Shown here one piece after another: positions 20,191 to 29,606 of a stretch of 64,000 nucleotides of DNA (positions are counted from its first letter, which is position 1; every line of letters begins with the position of its first letter). The position numbers were made by a program, and so were the translations under genes. Where the stretch lies: the NCBI GenBank assembly GCA_903856085.1, contig CAIOAT010000012.1, positions 39,020 through 103,019 of the forward strand. Direction: 5' to 3'. The DNA comes from Candidatus Omnitrophota bacterium. GTDB taxonomy: Bacteria > Omnitrophota > Omnitrophia > Omnitrophales > Aquincolibacteriaceae. The notes under the pieces are model-generated. The model searched no databases. It was not told the origin of the DNA and worked only from the letters and a program-made list of their open reading frames with translations.

Positions 20191-21123
20191 ATGAACGTTT
20201 ATCAGGATATTACACAGACCGTTGGAAGGACTCCTTTAGTCTGGTTGAACCGGATCGGTAAGGATTCGGGCGCACGCATTGCCGTGAAGCTCGAATCCTC
20301 CAATCCTCTTTCCAGCGTCAAGGACAGGATCGGTGTCGCGATGATCAATGCGGCCGAGCAGGCCGGAAAACTCAAGCCGGGCAGTGTTATTGTGGAGCCC
20401 ACGAGTGGCAACACGGGCATTGCGCTGGCTTTTGTGGCTGCGGCACGCGGTTATCGGTTGATCTTAACCATGCCGGAGACCATGAGCGTAGAGCGCCGGC
20501 AGCTTTTGAAGATCCTGGGCGCGGAATTAGTTCTGACTGAAGGACCCAAAGGTATGCGGGGGGCTGTGGAAAAAGCCGAGGAGATTGCAAAAACCATCCC
20601 CGGAAGTTTTGTCCCGCAGCAATTCAATAACCCGGCAAATGCGGAGATCCACCGGAAGACCACAGCCGAGGAGATCTGGAAAGATACGGACGGGACCGTG
20701 GATATTTTTGTCGCGGGGATCGGGACCGGCGGCACGATCACCGGTGTCGGTGAGGTTTTGAAACAGAGGAAGCCTTCTGCTAGAATCATTGCCGTGGAGC
20801 CGGTTGATTCGCCGGTGCTTTCGGGCGGAAAGCCGGGACCGCACAAGATCCAGGGAATCGGAGCGGGATTTGTTCCCGGGGTCTTGAACACGAAGGTCTA
20901 CGACGAGATCATTCAAGTGCGTCACGAAGATGCGGGGGCGACGGCGCGGCAGTTGGCCCGGCAGGAAGGGATCCTGGGAGGGATCTCGTCGGGCGCGAAT
21001 GTTTGGGCTGCTGCAGAGGTCGCTAAACGGCCGGAATCGAAAGGAAAGACGATCGTGACCGTGATCTGTGATACCGGGGAACGTTATCTTTCCACATGGC
21101 TTTTTCAGGAGTTTGCGGGATGA
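20191..21123 (+). CDS. cysK: cysteine synthase A (O-acetylserine sulfhydrylase)
   Basis: RBS GGGAGG precedes the ATG. Motifs [23 protein letters not shown] and [10 protein letters not shown] present. Confidence 0.9.
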   Translation: MNVYQDITQTVGRTPLVWLNRIGKDSGARIAVKLESSNPLSSVKDRIGVAMINAAEQAGKLKPGSVIVEPTSGNTGIALAFVAAARGYRLILTMPETMSVERRQLLKILGAELVLTEGPKGMRGAVEKAEEIAKTIPGSFVPQQFNNPANAEIHRKTTAEEIWKDTDGTVDIFVAGIGTGGTITGVGEVLKQRKPSARIIAVEPVDSPVLSGGKPGPHKIQGIGAGFVPGVLNTKVYDEIIQVRHEDAGATARQLARQEGILGGISSGANVWAAAEVAKRPESKGKTIVTVICDTGERYLSTWLFQEFAG

Positions 21124-22238
21124 CAGCGAAAGAAATCGAAGTGGTTGAAACAAAATATTTTACGTTTGCGGAGGCGGACGGGTTTAAACTGGAATCCGGA
21201 CGCGCGTTCGGGCCCATTACGCTTGCCTATGAAACATACGGCCAGCTGGACGCAGAAAAAAGTAATGCTATCCTCGTGATGCATGCTTTTTCCGGGAACG
21301 CGCATGTCGCGGGCCTCGGGACGGGCGATCAAGATCCGCCGTGGTGGAATTTTATGGTCGGATCGGGCAAAGCCCTTGATACGGACAAATATTTTGTGAT
21401 CTGCATTAACGTGATTGGGGGATGTAAAGGAAGCACCGGTCCTTCTTCCATAAACCCCAAGACGGGGAAACCTTACGGGATCGATTTTCCGCTTATTACG
21501 ATCGGGGACATGGTTCGCACGCAGAAGGTCCTGATCGACCATCTCGGGATCAAGAAGCTCCACGGCGTGATCGGCGGCTCGATGGGAGGCATGCTCGCGC
21601 TCCAGTGGGTTGCGTGTTATCCCGATGCTGTGGAATGTGTCATCCCTATCGCGGCGACCCTGAAGCATTCTCCGCAGCAAATCGCGTTTAACGAGGTCGG
21701 CCGTCAGGCCATCATGGCGGATCCGGCATGGAACCACGGGAATTATTATGGCGGGTCCCTGCCCGAAAAGGGACTTGCGGTTGCGCGCATGGTCGGACAC
21801 ATCACCTATATGAGCAATGATTCTATGGAGAAGAAATTTTCCAGGCGGCTTAAGGATGACAACACCGGTTTCAAGTTCTCGGCAGATTTTGAGGTGGAGG
21901 GCTATCTCCAGTATCGCGGGATGAGTTTTGTGAAGCGCTTTGATGCTAACACGTATCTCTATATTACCAAGGCGATGGATTACTTTGATCTCTCGGATGC
22001 CAAATGGATCCCGAAGGACGGTCTTCCAGGCGTCCGTTTTCTTGTGATCGCATTCAAGTCGGATTGGCTCTATCCGTCCGTTCAATCGCAGGAAATGGTC
22101 AAACAGCTTCAAATGCGGCGCGTGGATGCGACCTACTGTGAAACAGATTCAACCTATGGCCACGATACCTTCCTGATCGAAAGCGAAGCTGAGAAGCAGT
22201 CGCATCTCATCAAGCATTTTCTCGCGAAGAGGAAATAG
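21120..22238 (+). CDS. metX: homoserine O-acetyltransferase
   Basis: ATGA overlap with the cysK stop. Alpha/beta-hydrolase fold with GGSMGGM nucleophile elbow. N-terminus resembles MetX. Confidence 0.9.
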   Translation: MTAKEIEVVETKYFTFAEADGFKLESGRAFGPITLAYETYGQLDAEKSNAILVMHAFSGNAHVAGLGTGDQDPPWWNFMVGSGKALDTDKYFVICINVIGGCKGSTGPSSINPKTGKPYGIDFPLITIGDMVRTQKVLIDHLGIKKLHGVIGGSMGGMLALQWVACYPDAVECVIPIAATLKHSPQQIAFNEVGRQAIMADPAWNHGNYYGGSLPEKGLAVARMVGHITYMSNDSMEKKFSRRLKDDNTGFKFSADFEVEGYLQYRGMSFVKRFDANTYLYITKAMDYFDLSDAKWIPKDGLPGVRFLVIAFKSDWLYPSVQSQEMVKQLQMRRVDATYCETDSTYGHDTFLIESEAEKQSHLIKHFLAKRK

Positions 22239-22267
22239 CTTCCACCCCGAACATTTGATTGAAGAGC

Positions 22268-22285
22268 CAGGCTTTAAATTTAAAG
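22268..22285. repeat. perfect 18-nt palindrome GGCTTTAAATTTAAAGCC just after metX
   Basis: Self-complementary as read. Shares the TTTAAATTTAAA core with element family 3. Confidence 0.5.
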
Positions 22286-22341
22286 CCGTCCTAGTCGTTC
22301 TTTCTATTTCTTTGAGGTTGACTTGGGCTGTGCTGATTTCC
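22282..22341 (+). promoter_or_regulatory. conserved leader element family 2, copy a (long hairpin with CU-rich loop ... GACTTGGGCTGTGCTGATTTCC)
   Basis: Aligns with 29129..29187 and 55532..55590. Lies between metX and metW. Confidence 0.5.
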
Positions 22342-22433
22342 AATTTTAAATAATGATAATCAGGCGGTTTTGATCAGGGCTTTCCGTTGTTTCTCTTGAA
22401 AAAAAGCCGGTAGAGGAATACTATTTCAATCCT

Positions 22434-23027
22434 ATGGAATCTATCATTAAGCGGTTCGATCATCAGGTGATCTGCGGGATCGTGGAGTCTGGCTCCAAGG
22501 TTCTCGACTTGGGCTGTGGGAACGGGGATCTGCTGCATCTGCTCGCGGAGCAGAGTGGCGTAAAGGCGCAGGGAGTGGAGCTCAATAATGACGCCATTCA
22601 TGCTTGCGTCGAAAAGGGTCTGAGCGTTTTTCATAGTGATATCGACAGCGGACTTCCGTATTATCCTGATCAATCGTTCGATTACGTGATCCTGAACCAG
22701 AGCTTGCAGGAAGCGAAAAAGGTCGAGACCGTGATCTCCGAGGCGCTTCGCGTGGGGAAAAAGGTCATCATTGGCTTTCCCAATTTCGCACATCTTGAGG
22801 CGCGTATTCGGATATTCTTCGGCGGCCGAGCGCCTATCGTTTCATCGCTTCCGTATGAATGGTACAGTACGCCGAATCTTCGTTTTCTTTCCATTAAGGA
22901 CTTCAAGTCCTTTTGCAGGATCAAGGGTTATAAGATTCTGGCCGCGCATTTTCTTGATTCACAAGGCCAGGTCCGTGTGCTTCCCAACCTTTTCGCCCAG
23001 AACGCAATTTTCGTTATCACCCGATAA
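22434..23027 (+). CDS. metW: methionine biosynthesis protein MetW
   Basis: N-terminal motif KVLDLGCGNGDLL present. Typical MetW length, and sits after metX. Confidence 0.85.
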   Translation: MESIIKRFDHQVICGIVESGSKVLDLGCGNGDLLHLLAEQSGVKAQGVELNNDAIHACVEKGLSVFHSDIDSGLPYYPDQSFDYVILNQSLQEAKKVETVISEALRVGKKVIIGFPNFAHLEARIRIFFGGRAPIVSSLPYEWYSTPNLRFLSIKDFKSFCRIKGYKILAAHFLDSQGQVRVLPNLFAQNAIFVITR

Positions 23028-23060
23028 TCATCCATTCCAGTTAAATGTGGCGGGGAATTC

Positions 23061-23831
23061 GTGTCTAATCACAAAGATCTTGAGCACAATAAAAGGATCG
23101 TCGAGCAGTTTTCCAAGCAGGCCATCCCGTTTTCGGAGGTGCCGGGGCACCGGGATTTCATGCAGTTGCTGATCCAGATGTCTGGCGTTAGTTCTTCGGA
23201 TAATGTTCTGGACGTAGCTTGCGGTCCGGGACTGGTCGCTTGTGAATTCTCAAAAGTTGCGGATCATGTGACGGGGATCGATATTACCGCAAAAATGATC
23301 GAACGCGCCAGGTGCCTTCAGGAAGAAAAGCAGCTCACAAATATGGGCTGGTGCGTCCATGATATTTTACCCCTGCCTTATTCCGATAATGATTTTTCAA
23401 TTGTTCTGACCCGGTACAGTTTCCACCACTTCTTGAAGCCTGTGGAGGTGTTGGCGGAAATGATCCGAGTATGTAGGCCCGGGGGCAGGGTTCTGGTTGC
23501 CGATGTGGCATTGCCGTCCGAAAAATCAGCCACCTATGATCGCTTGGAGAAAATTCGCGATCCTTCTCATACGCATGCCCTCACAGTTCCGGAATTTGAG
23601 GCGTTGTTTGCAGCAAGCGGACTGGGGCATATCCAAAGAGGGTCTTATAAAGTCGAGTTGGAACTGGAGCAGCAGCTGAAGGCATCTTTTCCGGATCCCG
23701 GAGATGAAGAAAAGATCCGGGAGATTCTAAGGGCAGATCTTCATGAGGATAAGCTGGGCGTGGGTGTCCATCTCCAAGGGAATGAGATTCATTATTCGGT
23801 TCCGATAGAAGTCTTTGTCGGCCGTAAATAA
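23061..23831 (+). CDS. class I SAM-dependent methyltransferase
   Basis: GTG start. Carries motif I VLDVACGPG and a Methyltransf_11-like core. Confidence 0.75.
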   Translation: MSNHKDLEHNKRIVEQFSKQAIPFSEVPGHRDFMQLLIQMSGVSSSDNVLDVACGPGLVACEFSKVADHVTGIDITAKMIERARCLQEEKQLTNMGWCVHDILPLPYSDNDFSIVLTRYSFHHFLKPVEVLAEMIRVCRPGGRVLVADVALPSEKSATYDRLEKIRDPSHTHALTVPEFEALFAASGLGHIQRGSYKVELELEQQLKASFPDPGDEEKIREILRADLHEDKLGVGVHLQGNEIHYSVPIEVFVGRK

Positions 23832-23877
23832 AAAAAGGCAAGCGGTTTTTAAAAAGCCGCTTGTCCCGTTTATTTTT
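23828..23877. terminator. bidirectional rho-independent terminator between convergent genes
   Basis: An A-run, then stem GCAAGCGG ... CCGCTTGT, then a T-run. Confidence 0.6.
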
Positions 23878-23884
23878 ACTTTGG

Positions 23885-25021
23885 TTATTTCCCTAAGGCT
23901 TTCTTCAGATCCTCAATCAGATCGTCCGCGCTTTCGATGCCGACGGAGATACGGACGGTTTCTTTCGTGATGCCGGAAGCCTTGAGACCTTCGGGTCCCA
24001 TGGAAGCGTGGCTCATGCTCCATGGATGTTCGATCAGGGATTCCACGCCGCCTAATGATTCCGCCAATTGGAAGAGTTTCAGCTTTTTGAAGAATGGTTT
24101 GAGCGGAACTTTTTTTGTGTCCAGTTCGAACGCGAGCATGCCGCCGAAGCCCTTCATCTGTTTCTTGATCAAGCTCTGTTGGGGATGGCTTTCCAGACCC
24201 GTGTAATAGACCTGCTTGACACGGGGATGACCTTCGAGGAACGACGCGATCTTCAGGGCATTCCGTTGATGGGCTTCCATCCGGTAAGGCAGAGTCTTGA
24301 TCCCCCGGAGGACGAGCCAGGCATCAAAAGGGGCTTCGCTTACACCCAAGGCGTTCACGAAATAGCGTATCTTTTCTCCGAGAGCTTTATGGTTATAAAC
24401 AACCGCGCCGCCGACCACGTCGCTATGTCCGTTCAGATATTTTGTGGTGGAATGAATGATGATATCTGCGCCAAATTCAAATGGGCGCTGGAAGTACGGT
24501 GATAGAAAAGTATTATCCACGACGGTCAGGAGTTTTTTCTTTTTGGCCAGACCGATCACGGTCTCGAGATCCACGATGTGGAGCAGGGGATTGGACGGTG
24601 TTTCGATCCAGATCATCCGAGTGCTGGGCCGTATGGCTTTTTTGATGGCTTTCAAGTCCATCATGTTGATGAAAGAGAACGAGATCCCGCGTTTTGAGAA
24701 AATATCTTTGAATAAACGATACGTGCCACCGTAAATATCATTTCCCGTGACGACATGATCTCCCGGCTCCAGGAGGAAGAGAGCCGTCGTGATGGCTGCC
24801 ATGCCGGTTGCCGTGGCAGAGGCTCCCAGTCCGCCTTCGAGCGCCGCGATATTCTCCTCCAGGGCCCCGCGCGTCGGGTTGCCGCTTCGTGAGTAATCAT
24901 AGCCTTTGTGCTTTCCGAGCTCCTCAAAGCGGAAGGTGGAAGTCGGATAGAGCGGCGTGATGACGGAATTATACTGGGTGTCTTTGGCGGTGCCCGTGAG
25001 GACAGCCCTGGTTCGTATGTC
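23885..25021 (-). CDS. cystathionine gamma-synthase/beta-lyase family PLP enzyme (MetB/MetC/MGL-like)
   Basis: Start chosen at MDIRTRAVLTG. Carries YSRSGNPTR and the remaining Cys/Met-metabolism PLP motifs. The longer ORF to 25228 has a non-homologous N-terminal extension. Confidence 0.85.
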   Translation of the reverse strand, partial: DIRTRAVLTGTAKDTQYNSVITPLYPTSTFRFEELGKHKGYDYSRSGNPTRGALEENIAALEGGLGASATATGMAAITTALFLLEPGDHVVTGNDIYGGTYRLFKDIFSKRGISFSFINMMDLKAIKKAIRPSTRMIWIETPSNPLLHIVDLETVIGLAKKKKLLTVVDNTFLSPYFQRPFEFGADIIIHSTTKYLNGHSDVVGGAVVYNHKALGEKIRYFVNALGVSEAPFDAWLVLRGIKTLPYRMEAHQRNALKIASFLEGHPRVKQVYYTGLESHPQQSLIKKQMKGFGGMLAFELDTKKVPLKPFFKKLKLFQLAESLGGVESLIEHPWSMSHASMGPEGLKASGITKETVRISVGIESADDLIEDLKKALGK

Positions 25022-25178
25022 CATGAGTGCTTTTCCTCTCTTGAGTTCAAATCCGTTTATAATGGCGAGTGATAGCGTGTATGGTAAGCGGAAAATAAAA
25101 CAAGGGCAAATGGAAAAAGGTTTTAAATTGACGGCGAAATAAGCGCTTGATACAATTCCTACTAACCTTATAGGGATT

Positions 25179-25580
25179 ATGAAGCTAACCACTCGCAGCG
25201 AATACGTTTTTCTTGCCATCTTGAGCATTGCCCGTTCGAAAGAGAAGGGCTATATCCCGTTGTCTAAAATCGCCAGGGAACAAAAATTACCCATGAAATA
25301 CATGGAACAACTGATGCAAACCCTGTGCAGGTCCGGTTATCTTTCCAGCTCACGCGGCAAGGAGGGCGGGTACCGTTTGGCAAAGCCGGCCCGGAAAATC
25401 ACAATCGCAGAAATCATTCGTTTGTTTGACGGCCCCTTGGCGCCCACGGAATCCGTGAGCACGTATTTTTACAGACTCACGCCGCTTTCGAGAGAAAAAA
25501 AACTGCTCGGAGTGATGCAGGAGATCCGGGATTATGTTTCCAATGCTTTGGAAAAAACGACGATTGCAGATGTGCTGTAA
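25179..25580 (+). CDS. Rrf2-family transcriptional regulator lacking Cys ligands (CymR-like)
   Basis: MKLTTRSEYVFLAIL wHTH N-terminus. No C-terminal cysteine triad. Confidence 0.8.
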   Translation: MKLTTRSEYVFLAILSIARSKEKGYIPLSKIAREQKLPMKYMEQLMQTLCRSGYLSSSRGKEGGYRLAKPARKITIAEIIRLFDGPLAPTESVSTYFYRLTPLSREKKLLGVMQEIRDYVSNALEKTTIADVL

Positions 25581-25627
25581 AAAAAATAAATATTAAAACA
25601 TACCAATCAGATGGGGAAAGAGGGTTT

Positions 25628-26413
25628 ATGATTGAAAGCATTACGATCTTGAGCGGCCATGGGAAAAAAGGTGACAATGAAGCCGTGGAACGGATCGATT
25701 TTAAAATGGGGGATGTGGTCAGCATTGTCGGCCCCACAGGATCCGGTAAAACTACGTTAATTAATGATATCGAATTGTTTGCCGATGGGACCACCCCCAC
25801 AGGGCGGAGCGTATTGATCAACGGTTTGCTGCCGCTACCTGAATATCGCGACAATCCGGCATGCAATCCCATTGCCTTGATCACGCAGCATACGACTTTT
25901 TTGTCCGACTTGCCGGTCGGTGATTTTTTAAGGGCGCATGCGCGTATCCGTTCGAATGTTGCCGTGGATGGCGACAAACTTGTACAGCAGACGCTGGATT
26001 TTGCGAATCAGCTGACCGGAGAGCCGATCATTCCGACGAGTCAGATGACGGAGCTTTCGGGTGGCCAGACGCGGGCGCTTTTGATCGCCGATGCGACGAT
26101 CATTTGCAATACTCCGATCGTGTTGCTTGATGAGGTGGAAAATGCCGGGATCCACAGGACGCGAGCTCTTGAGCTTTTACGCATGCACAAAAAGATTTTT
26201 ATTTTTGTGACGCATGATCCTCGTATCGCGTTACTTTCGGATTACCGGATCATTATGAAACAGGGGTGTATCACCGACGTCTTATACGCGAACGAAGAAG
26301 AGCGCGAGTGTTCGGTGAAAGTCAGGCGGTTGGATGATCTCCTGACGAAGATGCGGGACAAACTGCGGTTCGGGGAGCGATTGACCTCTAAGGAATTGGA
26401 GGGCGTGTTATGA
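25628..26413 (+). CDS. stand-alone ABC-type ATPase (no permease partner)
   Basis: Walker A GPTGSGKTT. Q-loop ITQ. Signature LSGGQ. Walker B VLLDEVE. H-loop VTHD. RBS GAGGG precedes the ATG. Confidence 0.75.
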   Translation: MIESITILSGHGKKGDNEAVERIDFKMGDVVSIVGPTGSGKTTLINDIELFADGTTPTGRSVLINGLLPLPEYRDNPACNPIALITQHTTFLSDLPVGDFLRAHARIRSNVAVDGDKLVQQTLDFANQLTGEPIIPTSQMTELSGGQTRALLIADATIICNTPIVLLDEVENAGIHRTRALELLRMHKKIFIFVTHDPRIALLSDYRIIMKQGCITDVLYANEEERECSVKVRRLDDLLTKMRDKLRFGERLTSKELEGVL

Positions 26414-27111
26414 AGCTTCTGATCTGCGCGGGACCGGCCACGACCGGCAAATCAGCGGTGTTGCGGCACATGATCCGCAAGTTGTTGAGCAAGAATTTGA
26501 AGCCGGCCTTTTTAAAGATCGATGTTCAATATGCGGAGGAAGATGAGATCTTCGCCAAGGAATTCGGTATCCCGACACGCAAGGTCTATTCCGGCGAGCT
26601 TTGTCCTGATCATTGCAACGTGATGGTATTAGGAGATGCGCTGCGTTGGGCCAGTCACGAAGGTTGCCAGGTCCTGATGGTCGAAACGGCGGGCTTGTGT
26701 CTGCGATGTGCGCCTTATGTGGATGGTGGTTTAGGGATGGTTGTTCTGGAAGCGACAAGCGGCATGAATCTGCCTTTGAAAGTGGGGCCTCTGCTATCGC
26801 TGGCCGATATCGCGGTGGTCACCAAGATCGACCGTGTTTCTCAAGCAGAACGCGAGGTTTTCCGTTCACGTATTCAGGATGTGGCGCCGCAAGTACGTAT
26901 CCGCGAGGTCAACGCGCTGTATGGTATCGGGATCGATCCCCTTGTCGCAAGCATTGAGGCCTTTCCGGATGCCGGAGAAAACTTATTGCTCCGGGGCAAT
27001 CCTCCCGTTGGGACTTGTACGATCTGCGTCGGAAAAAAAGAGATAGGTTGGCAGTCTCATTTCGGAGTGGTCCGGGCGCTTGAAAACCAGGTTTTCTATC
27101 GGGGAGAATAA
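26410..27111 (+). CDS. G3E-family P-loop GTPase (UreG/HypB-like metallochaperone)
   Basis: ATGA overlap with the upstream gene. P-loop GPATTGKS. CPDHC motif corresponds to the UreG CPH metal site. ETAGLCLRC corresponds to the HypB ENVGNLVCP region. NKxD-like TKID motif. Confidence 0.7.
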   Translation: MKLLICAGPATTGKSAVLRHMIRKLLSKNLKPAFLKIDVQYAEEDEIFAKEFGIPTRKVYSGELCPDHCNVMVLGDALRWASHEGCQVLMVETAGLCLRCAPYVDGGLGMVVLEATSGMNLPLKVGPLLSLADIAVVTKIDRVSQAEREVFRSRIQDVAPQVRIREVNALYGIGIDPLVASIEAFPDAGENLLLRGNPPVGTCTICVGKKEIGWQSHFGVVRALENQVFYRGE

Positions 27112-27112
27112 T

Positions 27113-28291
27113 ATGCCGGATCGGATCTATTTTGATTATGCCGCGACAACACCGGTGGATCCTCGGGTTGCTGAAAATATGATCCCTTATTTGAAGGATC
27201 AGTTCGGGAATCCATCGAGTCTTCATGAGGTTGGTCGTGAAGCGCGGTTTGTCGTTGAGAAAGCCAGGCAACAAGTAGCGGATCTTTTAGGCGCGTCAAG
27301 CGATGAGATAATCTTTACAAGCAGCGGCACTGAGGCTAATAACATGGCTCTGATTGGTTTTGTGGAGGCCCACGCAGAAGAAGAAATCCATATCGTTACG
27401 AGTGCGATCGAGCATCCATCGATCCTGAAAACATGCCGCTATCTTGAAAAGCGCAAAGTTTCAGTGACCTATCTTTCCGTGACTCCGGACGGGCAAGTAG
27501 AGCCGGATTCACTTCAGGCCGCGATGCGGCCCGAGACGAGGCTTGTTTCGATCATGACCGCGAATAACGTCGCCGGCACAATTCAGCCGATCTGTGAACT
27601 TGTGCGTATAGCCCGTCAGCACGGCGCTCTTTTTCACACAGATGCCGTTCAAGCTTTCGGCAAACTTCCGTTTCATGGTGGACAAGACTCTCCGGATCTC
27701 ATTTCAGTCTCGGCCCATAAACTTTATGGCCCCAAGGGGATTGGTGCTCTTTTTGTGCGCAAAGGAATTCGTTTGAATTCTTTGATCCATGGCGGTGGTC
27801 AAGAACGCGATTTGCGGGCTTCTACGGAAAATGTTCCCGGGATCGTTGGTTTTGGATATGCCGCGGAAATTGCGCGTCAAGGGATGGCTTCGGAAACCGC
27901 ACGGCTTGTAAGTTGGCGTGATGAAATGATAGGACATATTCTAGGTAAAATCCAAGGCTCCTATTTGATAGGACATCCTTATCGGCGTCTTCCGGGGCAT
28001 CTTTGTCTTGGGTTCTCGGGGTTGGAAGGAGACATGATCAAACTTCTAATGCTTCTGGATAAAGCCGGGATTGCTGTTTCCACGGGGAGTGCTTGCAGTT
28101 CCAACCATCCGGGCGAAGCTTCTTATGTGTTGCAGGCCATGGGTTTGGATCCGCTCAAAGCCCGAGGCTCCCTGCGCGTGACCTTGGGGCGGTTTAACAC
28201 TCAGAAAGAAATCGACTGGTTTTTGAAAATTCTTCCAAAAACCCTGGCTGAGCTAAGGCCCATGACAACAGATTCATTTTCTAGTCGCTGA
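27113..28291 (+). CDS. cysteine desulfurase (class I NifS/IscS type)
   Basis: PLP motif HKLYGPKGIGALFVR. Active-site loop GSACSSNHPGEASYVLQAMG. Starts 1 nt after the upstream stop. Confidence 0.9.
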   Translation: MPDRIYFDYAATTPVDPRVAENMIPYLKDQFGNPSSLHEVGREARFVVEKARQQVADLLGASSDEIIFTSSGTEANNMALIGFVEAHAEEEIHIVTSAIEHPSILKTCRYLEKRKVSVTYLSVTPDGQVEPDSLQAAMRPETRLVSIMTANNVAGTIQPICELVRIARQHGALFHTDAVQAFGKLPFHGGQDSPDLISVSAHKLYGPKGIGALFVRKGIRLNSLIHGGGQERDLRASTENVPGIVGFGYAAEIARQGMASETARLVSWRDEMIGHILGKIQGSYLIGHPYRRLPGHLCLGFSGLEGDMIKLLMLLDKAGIAVSTGSACSSNHPGEASYVLQAMGLDPLKARGSLRVTLGRFNTQKEIDWFLKILPKTLAELRPMTTDSFSSR

Positions 28292-28315
28292 GATTAAACA
28301 TAAAAGGAGATTTTT

Positions 28316-29017
28316 ATGTCTATGACCGTTTCAGATCTACCGGGCCTGAATTGTGGGCTTTGTGGTTATCGCACTTGTGCCGAAATGGCCGAGCAACTTC
28401 CGATGAAACCGGAATTGCTCAAACGATGTCTTCCCATGTCCGAGCATCGCGAGCGATCTTTTGAAACAAAGCCTTTCAGCGTTCCCTCGCCTAAAAAAGA
28501 TTGCGGTGCTTGTTCTGTCGCTTGTGCGCCGGAAAAGACGGACGGGGTAAAATGGAAAGATAGTTTGGGACGGGAATTTGATTTTTATCTCGAGCATTTT
28601 CCGGAAGACCCCGGCCCCCGGGAGATCATTATTCCGCATAATCCGATGATCACGCGTGAAATGGAGATCCAACGCGGCGATATCCTGATCGGTCGTCCGC
28701 TTGGTATGTCGTGCGGGTGCCCCATCACGCATTGCGGGGTTGTCATGGAAGTGGACAAGCGTACCGGTGTGATCGTCTGGTGCGTGACTGGGCCTTTGCA
28801 GCCGCGCCAGCATGGATTTAAAGATGTTGGGTATTATATTGCCGAAGGGTACGAAGGTTTGATTAAGCAGACACGTTGTGAGCCCAAGATCGGGATGCGT
28901 TATTACTTTCAGCCGCAGCTATGTATGCTTCAATGGCGCCACAGCGGTCTTGTCAATTATCTGAATCGTCTCAAGGATGGCTACCAAGTCCGTTTGGAAG
29001 GTCTATGGATCGGGTGA
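28316..29017 (+). CDS. Cys-rich Fe-S protein with RnfB-N-terminal-type cluster domain
   Basis: RBS AAGGAGA precedes the ATG. N-terminus LPGLNCGLCGYRTCAEMAE (CX2CX4C, as in the RnfB N-terminal domain). Then CGACSVAC, then CGCPITHCG. Confidence 0.6.
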   Translation: MSMTVSDLPGLNCGLCGYRTCAEMAEQLPMKPELLKRCLPMSEHRERSFETKPFSVPSPKKDCGACSVACAPEKTDGVKWKDSLGREFDFYLEHFPEDPGPREIIIPHNPMITREMEIQRGDILIGRPLGMSCGCPITHCGVVMEVDKRTGVIVWCVTGPLQPRQHGFKDVGYYIAEGYEGLIKQTRCEPKIGMRYYFQPQLCMLQWRHSGLVNYLNRLKDGYQVRLEGLWIG

Positions 29018-29111
29018 AGGGTATTGCCAGATAGCCGGTTCGTTGAAAAAATACGCTGGCAGGCGATGACTCATCAGAAGGGGTTGGATTGTTTTTATCG
29101 GACAAGGCTTG

Positions 29112-29120
29112 TGGTATAAT
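29112..29120 (+). promoter_or_regulatory. extended -10 promoter element TGGTATAAT for the queF unit
   Basis: TGnTATAAT sits about 8 nt before the base of the family 2 hairpin. Confidence 0.4.
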
Positions 29121-29128
29121 TCCCTCCC

Positions 29129-29187
29129 TATGACGGCCAAGTCTTTGTTTTCTCTTTGTGACTGGCGACTTGGACAGTCATGATTAC
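29129..29187 (+). promoter_or_regulatory. conserved leader element family 2, copy b
   Basis: Stem ATGAC-GG-CCAAGTC / GACTTGG-ACA-GTCAT around a 23-nt pyrimidine-rich loop, then GATTAC. 28 nt before the queF ATG. Confidence 0.55.
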
Positions 29188-29214
29188 TGCTTTATTTTTT
29201 AATTAAGGAGAATT

Positions 29215-29583
29215 ATGGCGCAACCTTCGAAGAAACTCGAGATCTTCAGGAATCCGTATCCTCGCCGGGATTATGATATTGAGATGGATTGTCCGGAATT
29301 CACATGCCTTTGCCCCAAGACAGGGCAACCGGATTTTGCGACGATCCGTATTTGTTATGTGCCCGACGAATTCTGCGTGGAACTGAAAAGTCTCAAGCTC
29401 TATCTCTGGAGCTACCGGAATGAAGGTGCGTTCCATGAAGCCGTCACCAACAGTATCCTGGACGATCTGGTCAAAGCGACCAAGCCCCGACACATGTCGG
29501 TCGAGGCGGACTTTTTCGTACGCGGGGGTATCCATACGGTGATCTCCGTTAACTATTCCAAATCCCGCAAGAAAAAATCCTAA
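29215..29583 (+). CDS. queF: NADPH-dependent 7-cyano-7-deazaguanine reductase (unimodular type)
   Basis: Carries the [16 protein letters not shown] motif and E(S/L)K(S/L)(K/Y)(L/Y)(Y/W)-type motif. RBS AAGGAGAA precedes the ATG. Confidence 0.85.
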   Translation: MAQPSKKLEIFRNPYPRRDYDIEMDCPEFTCLCPKTGQPDFATIRICYVPDEFCVELKSLKLYLWSYRNEGAFHEAVTNSILDDLVKATKPRHMSVEADFFVRGGIHTVISVNYSKSRKKKS

Positions 29584-29606
29584 AATCTCTCAAGGAGGAA
29601 AATCCC

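Noticed and set aside
21105-22112. 335-aa minus-strand ORF
   Set aside because: A shadow ORF antisense to metX. MetX shows clear alpha/beta-hydrolase homology; the antisense frame shows none.
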